Below are positions 55,371 to 64,000 of a stretch of DNA of 64,000 bases, piece after piece. The translations under genes were made by a program, and so were the position numbers. Positions within the stretch are counted from its first letter, which is position 1, and the number at the start of each line of letters is the position of its first letter. The notes under the pieces were generated by a model. That model was not told where the DNA came from and made no database searches. It saw only the letters and a list, made by a program, of their open reading frames with translations. The DNA is from Octopus sinensis (Eukaryota). Location: the NCBI RefSeq assembly GCF_006345805.1, contig NC_042999.1:82522001-82586000 (forward strand), given 5' to 3'.

Positions 55371-56178
55371 GATAGCAAGAAATCTGCTGAAGAACTGAGA
55401 TTTATGTTCTGAAAACATTCAGAACGAATTGTGCATGCAATCTGCAGAGCAGTTTCTCTCTCAGTCGCTTAGATTGTTACTCCCAACTGCCGAGCTCACT
55501 ATTGAATTAAAGGTAAACCAAAGAATTCCCTAAAAATTCATCGATTACGCGCAAAAATAAGCATTAGGAAGAGGAGGGAATATTTGAAGGGAACGACATG
55601 TAATCATCTATAACTGGAAAGATCCGGATGAAGGTGCTAAGCTTTGGCATTTGAAGCTATGATTACTCCACATTACTCCGTAAAGAGCATAGAGCTGGTT
55701 TCTCGGTTTCCCGGTTTCCGTAACGTGTCCATTCCTCCTTGGACGGGACACTGGTTCTTTGCAGGATTACATATTCTTTTCCAGTTGAGTGGACTAGAGT
55801 AACGTGAAATGAAGTGTTTTGCTCAGGAACCCATCCCATCACCGGGTCCATGAATCGAAACCACAATCTTACGGTTACCAGTCCTACGTTCCTAACCCTT
55901 AAGCCATGAAGTTAGGGGTGTTGGACACAATCGATGTAATAGTAAGCACTAAAAGAAACGTCATCTCGCAGTACCAGAAAGAAAGCACGATATAGCAAAA
56001 GCATGAGACTAGTGAAAACACAGTTCTTTACTGTTCTCTCTTAAAAATTAGACGTCGGAATGTTCATAAATGAACTGAGCATGTTACTGTGCAAGATCAC
56101 TGATGAAAGTAACTGGGTGTAAGAAATGCAAATAAGGAGGGCAACATCGAAATCCCTCATTCATGAAATACTTAATAT

Positions 56179-56223
<45 letters not shown>

Positions 56224-56459
56224 AAGAAACAAACAAACAAAGAAAGTGGGCATACATAACACATAGATATCGCATTTGTACACATACATATATTGCTGCA
56301 TACATATACACATACATACACATATAAAGAAATACATATACACATACATACATACACATATAAATATATACGTACATACATACAGATACACACGCGCACA
56401 CACACACATATGTAAAGAAGGCTTTGTTGTCCAGCAAAATCTCTTGCGCGCTCAAAGTT

Positions 56460-57800
56460 AATAAAATTATATCATCATCATCATCATCATCATCATCGTC
56501 GTCGTCGTCGTCGTCATCGCCATCATCAGCATCATCATTAGCACCACCATCCACTCCTTATCACAATCAAGTACATTACAAGTAGCCAAGACTATTATCG
56601 TTGCGTAACTTGCGTCTGTTTGTTGGCATTCACTCCAGTTGCCACTCTATCATTTTGTACATCATCATTATCATCATCATCATCATTACAGTTATCAGCA
56701 GCAGCAGCAGTAGCAGCGGAATCAGCTTTAACTCTCCCCAACGGCACAATCATAGCATTCGCATTACTGTTAGCATGTCCAGTGTAACCACTGGCATTAT
56801 CATTATCACTACCATCCCCACCAAAAACCACCACTACCATCAACATCGTCGACGTCATCATCATCATCATCGTCATCATCATCATCATCATCATCATCAT
56901 CAACATCATCATCATAATTGTCATCAGCATCATCACCTACACCATCTGGCTACCATTACCACATTTTAAACACACACACACAAACACAAGCACAAAAACA
57001 CACACACAAACACATACACGCACACACATTCACATCACCATTTCTATCAACATCACTGCATCTTTATTCCCGCATCTTTTGCCACCGTCACCATCACCAT
57101 CCTCATCATTATCATCACCATCTTTATCACAACCCTCCCCTACTAGTAGGCCACCACAACCGAACTCTTTCTAAATCTCCCACCACCGTCATCACCTTTG
57201 ATTTTGTAAGGGAAGGAGCGGCCGGGGGGGGGGTCAATACACAATCCGACCACCTTATTCATCAACGACAAACAACCTCATTAATATTACTACCAGCACT
57301 ACCGCCACTAACATCTCTAGCCACCGCCACCATTAGCACTTCTATCATCACCACCACCCAACTACCATCACTAAAACTACAACCACCACTGTCACCATCG
57401 CTACCACCTTCATCACAAGCACTACCATCACCACTATCTCTTATACCACCTTCGCTACTACTACTATCACCACTACCACCTCCACTACCACCACCGACAC
57501 TATCCCCACCACCACTATTACCCTCAACACCATTGTCACAACCACCACCGTCGCTACCACTCCACCAATATCATCACCACCGCTTCTAGCACTGCCACCA
57601 CTACATCTACCACAATTATCACTACCACCACTACATCCACCAGAACTACCACTACCACCAGCGCTACCATCCACTCACCACTCTACACGCCAAAAATATC
57701 ACAAAAATCAATGCCATCTCCTGTTTCGACACCACCATCCCCTTCCCCACTCTCATCCCCATTACCCATAATCCCACTTCCATCACCACCTCCATCAACA
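56460..57800. repeat. Low-complexity trinucleotide block, (CAT)/(CAC)/(CTA)n on the + strand
   Basis: Read directly from the sequence. Confidence 0.95.
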
Positions 57801-58214
57801 CCCTACACCCGTCACCAAACAAGGAGAAGAAAACACAAGCGTACAAACCCGTACACATATGCGCGCACTCATACGCACACAGAAATATACACACTCATAC
57901 ATATGGACACATACATACATGCATACTCTTCAAATAAACACATGCACAGAGATAAGGTGAGACTTTGAATTTCTTACATTAGACCATCTAAATATGCATA
58001 TGCACATATGATTGGCATTTAGTATTTTAAATATTGCAGAGAAAAGGATTAGCGAATCTTTATTTGACTTCTTTTTAATTTGCTCGCTAAAACGTGTCAA
58101 TAGAACAATACTCTGTGTCTTTATATTTCAGAGTTTCATGTTATTGTTTATATTAATGGACAATAATCTATTTCTATCTCTTTATCTCTCGCCTTCTCTT
58201 TCATTCACTGTTTC

Positions 58215-58386
58215 TCACTGTGGCTCTGTGTTAAGAAGTTTTCTCCTCAAACCTGAACGTTTCCGGTTCAGTTCCACTGCAGAGAACTTAGGGCAAGGGT
58301 CTTCTACTAAAGCAACGAGCTGACCAAAGATTTGTGAGTGGAAACTGAAAGAATCCCAACGTATATAGGTAGGTATGAATCCCATC

Positions 58387-58428
<42 letters not shown>

Positions 58429-58780
58429 CTTTGTGCCAGAGTTTTCCCCCACTAGCACTTGACAACCGGTGTTGCTATATTTACATGCCCGTAACTTAGC
58501 TGTTCAGCAAAATAGATCGATTGAATAAGTTCCAGGCTTTAAACTATAAGTACTAGGATCAATTCATGCGACTGAAATTCTTGTAGGCAGTGTCCCAGGA
58601 TGATTGCAGCTCAATGAATGAAACAAGTAAAACTATAGAAGATGCATGTGTATATCTATCTATCAGTGTGTCTCTTTGTGTTTGCGTTTGTCATCCACCA
58701 ACACTTGTCAACCGGTATTGGTTTGTTTACATCTTCGTAACTTAGCGGTTCGGCAAAGGATCCAATAGTACCAGGCATAA
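58215..58780 (+). mobile_element. Diverged SINE family 1 copy plus a second 3' fragment
   Basis: Matches the family 1 body (TTGACAACCGGTG...GTAACTTAGC). Confidence 0.7.
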
Positions 58781-58880
58781 AACTAAATACTGATATCTAG
58801 ATGATGCTCCAGCATGACGGCTATCGAAACAAATAAAAGATAAAAGATAGAAGAAAAGATATATGTATATATATATATAT

Positions 58881-59299
58881 CAGGGACGCGCCGCCTGATA
58901 TATATATCAGGGACGCGCAAGGAGGCAATGCCCACTTTGAATAAAATAGATCGATAACAACATTTTCCTTTCATGGCAAAATATGCGCCAAATTCAATAA
59001 AATTACGAAGGTACTCTGATTACTATGCATAAAATACAAAATATTTTATTGTTTTGTAGATTAAATAGACATAACTTGCCCTTGCTTTTCAATCTCAGTA
59101 TTAAAGCTACGCATAGTACTGCTGCAGTACATGTGATGCGTACACACCTATAACACCGTTTTCTTTACGTGCTATAAACTCAGAAATAAATCTGCCTTCA
59201 ATTCAGTCGCGCGTCTGTGTTTCGCTTATTTTTTTTTGCGTGTTTTACTACATCAAGGTCACCAACTGCCTACCATGAGTAATTACTGACGGCACATGC

Positions 59300-59302
<3 letters not shown>
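58881..59302. mobile_element. CAGGG-ended MITE in (TA)n (58908-59302), preceded by a 17-bp mini copy (58881-58897)
   Basis: Ends CAGGGACGCGC... and ...GGCACATGCCTG, with (AT)n on all flanks. Confidence 0.55.
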
Positions 59303-59345
<43 letters not shown>

Positions 59346-59934
59346 AGAGTATTGTAGTTCGCTTGAAGCATTGTGTATTGTTTGTAAAGAATAAAATGTT
59401 TTGAATGACACAACAATGAGCTATAATACGAACAAGGGACTATAATAACTGTTGTAATTCAATCATCCATAGTCTGATATGATATTTCGGAATAATAATT
59501 CCTTATTCAGATGTCCCTTGGAATTGATGGGGTCGCTGCTATAATCATTTTTCCAACGGTTTTTCTGTTTTTTTTTTTTTTTCCAGAGGCGTCTCAGCGG
59601 TGGTCTTACGAAACTCCTTCCGGAATTCCTCATGAGAAGTGCGTGAGGCCGGCTATGTCTCAATCTCGTGTGTGCTGGTACATCCGTGTGTGCTGGCACA
59701 TAACTGCTTCTAAGTTATGTGTTATATGTGCAACTTCCATTTTTTCCCCTTCTCCTTTTTTTCCGCTTTTTTCTTTTTGTTATAAACAATACATGAGCAT
59801 GTTATCAAAACTGAACCTACACGCATCCAGATGTAGCTAAATAATGTACTGACTGCCAACCTCCAGCCTGTTGTTAATTTGGGGCCCTAGTCTGTTTATG
59901 AGCATATCTTCCTTAATTATTAAATTACTGCGTG

Positions 59935-60038
59935 ACACCTTCGGCAGGTGTCTTCTACTATAGCCTCGGGTTGACCAAAGCCTTGTGAGTGGATTTGGTA
60001 GACGGAAACTGAAAGAAGTCCGTCGTATATATGTATAT

Positions 60039-60098
<60 letters not shown>

Positions 60099-60677
60099 AA
60101 TCAAGGAATGGCCATAATAGGCCATTCACCCACTAGAAATAACAGCCAAAGCTTCAACCGCAAAATAACATTAATTCCGCAAACCAGGAGAAAATTAAAA
60201 AAACATTTACCCTGTAATTTCTTATACGATGCACCGTCTCATCTATTGTTTAATGGTAAACTAACCTGATTAAATTAAATCAAGCCAATCTTCCATAGGC
60301 CGATAGATTCGTCAGTAAGAAACAGCCTGTTTCTTACTGACGAATCTATCGGCCTATGGAAGATTGGCTTGATTTAATTTAATCAGGTTAGTTTACCATT
60401 AAACAATAGATGAAACGGTGCATCGTATAAGAAATTACAGGGTAAATGTTTTTTAATTTTCTCCTGGTTTGCGGAATTAATGTTATTTGCGGTTGAAGCT
60501 TTGGCTGTTATTTCTAGTGGGTGAATGGCCTATTATGGCCATTCCTTGATTGTGATGTTGAACTTATAAATGGTCTATGACTATTTAATTTTTTCCCATT
60601 AGGCCGCTGGTGGCAAATAAATTCTACGAAATTTTTTTGCCACCCTATATTGATTAATTATATATATATATATATAA

Positions 60678-60714
<37 letters not shown>

Positions 60715-60770
60715 TGTGTCTGTTTGACCCCCCCCCCCAACATCACTTGACAACCGATGTTGGTGTGTTT
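59935..60770 (+). mobile_element. SINE family 1 copy split at its internal (TA)n by an insertion of about 565 bp
   Basis: The body runs to about 60030 and then (TA)n. It resumes with (TA)(TG)n and TTGACAACCGATGTTGGTGTG at about 60660-60770. Confidence 0.8.
60094..60556. repeat. 463-bp near-perfect palindrome with a 1-nt spacer
   Basis: Arms 60094-60325 (232 bp) and 60327-60556 (230 bp). They differ by one substitution and two 1-bp homopolymer indels. Confidence 0.95.
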
Positions 60771-61043
60771 GCGAGATTCCAGAAAAGAAAGACACATTAT
60801 AAAATGCTTATTAACTGTTTATGTAATATTGTATTATTTGCTTACAAAATAAATATAAGATTTTAAAAATTGTCCACTTTTATTATATTCATTATATATA
60901 TTGTTTCTAGTATAGATTGATATTACTAAGAATTATTACCGGTCCGTGGCACACTGAGGAAAAAAAACTCCCCGTACGCCACATCAGATAGTTTGAGAAG
61001 CACTGCTGTAAAGTACATTAAATGTTTTTATAAGTCAATATCG

Positions 61044-61290
61044 TGGAGGCGCAATGGTCCAGTGGTTAGGACAGTAGGATCGCGGTTTCGATTCCCAGAC
61101 CAGGCGTTGAGAGTGTTTATTGAGGTTCCGAAAGAAGGAGGTGGTGGTGATCCCTTTTGTGCTCTTTCGCCACAACTTTTTCTCACTCTTTCTTGTGTTG
61201 GCCTGCTCGCTTAGCCAGCGGGGTGGAATCATTTGAAGGCTAAAACATGTGACCAGTGATGTGTAGCAACATCTGATAGCCTGGTCGGTC
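61044..61290 (+). mobile_element. SINE with a family 3 head
   Basis: GTGGAGGCGCAATGG.CCAGTGGTTAGG...GGTTTCGATTCC, as at 40148. Confidence 0.75.
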
Positions 61291-61359
61291 ACGGTGATAA
61301 GACAATACCCTTTTCTACTGCAATGAGATCGAAGATGAAAAAGGGTAGTCATATTTCCT

Positions 61360-61890
61360 AGGTTAACGCTTAAGGTATTCGGCTCACGACCGTCAGGTCG
61401 TCAGTTCGATTGCTGGCAGCACTTATCTTTGAGCAAACGACTTTATTTCACCTTGTTCTAGTTCACTCAGCTGGCAGAAACGAGTTATACGTGCAATTCA
61501 AAAAGCCAGCATTATAACATTGTGTGTCAGGCTGACTCTCCTTGAGAACTACGTTAAGGGTATGCTCAGCAGAATACTCAGCCATTTGCACACGAGCACT
61601 TTGTTCCGTTGATCGGATCAACTGGATCAAAAGGTGGCGAGCTGGCAGAAATGTTAGCACGCCGGGCGAAATGCTAAGCGGTATTTCGTCTGCCGTTACG
61701 TTCTGAGTTCAAATTCCGCCGAGGTCGACTTTGCCTTTCATCCTTTCGGGGTCGATTAAATAAGTACCAGTTACGCACTGGGGTCGATATAATCGACTTA
61801 ATCCGTTTGTCTGTCCTCTCTGTGTTTAGCCTCTTGTGGGTAGTAAAGAAATAGGATCAACTGGAACCATTGTCATCGGAATCTACGTAG
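61360..61890 (+). mobile_element. Older SINE interrupted by a young family 2 SINE (61627-61853) with 12-bp TSD
   Basis: TSD GGATCAACTGGA at 61615-61626 and 61854-61865. The host tail continues after the insert, as at 12410-12440. Confidence 0.85.
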
Positions 61891-62476
61891 TGCCTATTTG
61901 CATTTTTTCTTGTTTTTTGTTTTGTATTGTTCTTTTACCTGGTCTTCGTGTGACTTGTTTTTTTTTTTACCCACCATATATGTGTGTGTACTTTTCCGCT
62001 ATTGTTTTTTTTTTTTTTCTTTTTTAGTCTGAAGAATGGCCGGAAAACACACGGCACGCTATATAAGCTTAAACGGCCATTATCCATTATATTTTCAAAA
62101 GCATTAAGCTAATAACTCGCATTTAAATCATAGGTATATCAAATTGTGTGTGTGTGTGTTTGTGTGTGTTTGTGTATGTATGTATGTATGTATGTATGTA
62201 TGTATGTATGTATGTATGTATGCACATATATATGCATGTATGTATAAAGTGAGAGAGAGAGGTTTTAACATATTTCATACATGTACTCCTTAACTCCACT
62301 TAAATGGCCTTGAGTTCTTTACTAAATGATAAAGACATTTTAGTTCACATGTGTATATATACATGTCTGTGTGTTTATATGTGTGTGTGTGTGTGTGTGC
62401 GTGCGTGTATATATAGACATATATATAACTCTGTGTGTACGTACGTGCGCGCCTGTGTGTACGTTTGTGTGTGTGT

Positions 62477-62515
<39 letters not shown>

Positions 62516-62534
62516 TGTGTGTGTGTGTGTGTGT

Positions 62535-62569
<35 letters not shown>

Positions 62570-63239
62570 ATGTGTCTTTTTCATATTCTTTCTGCAATTT
62601 TCGTCTTGGTTTAGTTATTAGTTTGCTTTCAGTTTTTGCATTTTGTTATTTCCTCTTCTCTCTTTTGCTGGTGAGTTAAAAGTATTGAAAAATCTTCGGC
62701 CAATCTTTATTGATTTTGGCAAATTTCTACATAGAACGGAAAACCTGAAAGACGCTTGCTGGCACAGTTATGTTATCCCGTAAGTATAGTGCTGACAGGA
62801 GTTTGGCAATTGCAGATGCAAGAATGCATCAGCGGCGAAGAGCCTCATAGGAATGGAAGAAGACATGTTATGCCAGTACGAAAAAGACACCAGCTGCAAC
62901 TAGCCATTCCTTATATGGAAGTTGATGGACGAAAATGAATATTGCAGAGTAGGCTGACACGTATGCAGTAGACACACACCAGCAAATATTCACAGCGACG
63001 TATACACGCATACACATACATACACACGCATACACATACATACACACGCATATACGCACTTAAATTGCATTCACAAATATACATACATACAGTTCTGTGT
63101 TGTTTCTACACATATATGAATACGGATGCACATACGAGCATACAACATGCAACAATACAAATGCATATGTGCATGCAAGCGACCAGCTCGTAAACAACCA
63201 CTCTTAACTTACTTTTCTATCATAAACTGTATTCCTTTA

Positions 63240-63433
63240 TCGCTCTCTCTCCCCTTTTTCTCCTCCTCTCCTTCTCTCTCTTTAACTCTGTTTCTTTCCC
63301 CTCCCTCTCATTCTCTCTCCCTCTCTTGTTATTTCATCCTTACACTTTATCTCCCTTTGGCTCTCTCTCACCTTCTCTTTCGATTTTTCACGTTCTACAA
63401 TTTCATTGTTTTCATTAGTCACTACTCTGTCTC

Positions 63434-63474
<41 letters not shown>

Positions 63475-63526
63475 ATATATATATATATATATATCCCTCT
63501 GTTTCTGCATTTACGTTTGCCACGCA

Positions 63527-63616
<90 letters not shown>

Positions 63617-63620
63617 TGTA
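63240..63620 (+). repeat. (CT)n-rich tract followed by (TA)n
   Basis: Read directly from the sequence. Confidence 0.9.
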
Positions 63621-64000
63621 TATACATATCTGTACTTATCTGAATAAATATATTCATACATACGTACACACACATGAATATATACATGAGGCCATACGAG
63701 AGAAGAAGAAAGAGCTTTGAATAAGGATCCAGGTTAGAGAAGACTTGTACACAATTGGAAAAGAATATAAATGAATTAGGGAACAACTGGGAATAAGGAA
63801 GTGTTACCGTACAATCTTACTATCTTACTATCATAAATGCGAAAAGAAAAGACCTTATAAATATTATTGGTACGAAACGATAATAATATCCTGAAATATA
63901 TGTAGTAAATCACATCACTATATCCAAGAACTGGTTTATTGTTTGGAAACATTTGTTACAGAAATATTGTGTTGAAATTGTAACCGAAACAAAAAGAACG

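Overview
AT-rich, microsatellite-dense eukaryotic DNA. The SINE families and repeat content suggest a cephalopod (Octopus-like) genome; this is an inference, with no database check. I cannot support any intact host protein-coding gene, rRNA, tRNA gene or CRISPR array. The window is essentially intronic/intergenic and built from transposable elements. The main feature is a full-length 6,081-bp L1-clade (Tx1-type) retrotransposon on the minus strand (12998-19078). It carries an ORF1 with a CCHC knuckle and an ORF2 with APE endonuclease, RT and a C-terminal zinc finger, all frameshifted. It has a perfect 13-bp target-site duplication (GATAGATAGATAT) and sits inside a (GATA)n microsatellite. The 5' end of a second, clearly diverged relative (1-1260) also abuts (GATA)n and shares two 5'-UTR hairpins, one showing a compensatory base change. 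Two R4/Dong-type (RLE endonuclease) LINE lineages associate with other microsatellites, (CATA)n and (TAA)n, so LINE lineages may be partitioned by microsatellite target. Also present: CR1 and RTE fragments, mariner and hAT derivatives, about 20 tRNA-derived SINE copies, a 463-bp near-perfect palindrome, a pri-miRNA-like hairpin, and a candidate promoter/first exon near 27.85 kb. Coordinates of degenerate repeats are approximate (about +/-20 bp); TSD, hairpin and ORF start/stop coordinates were counted by hand.
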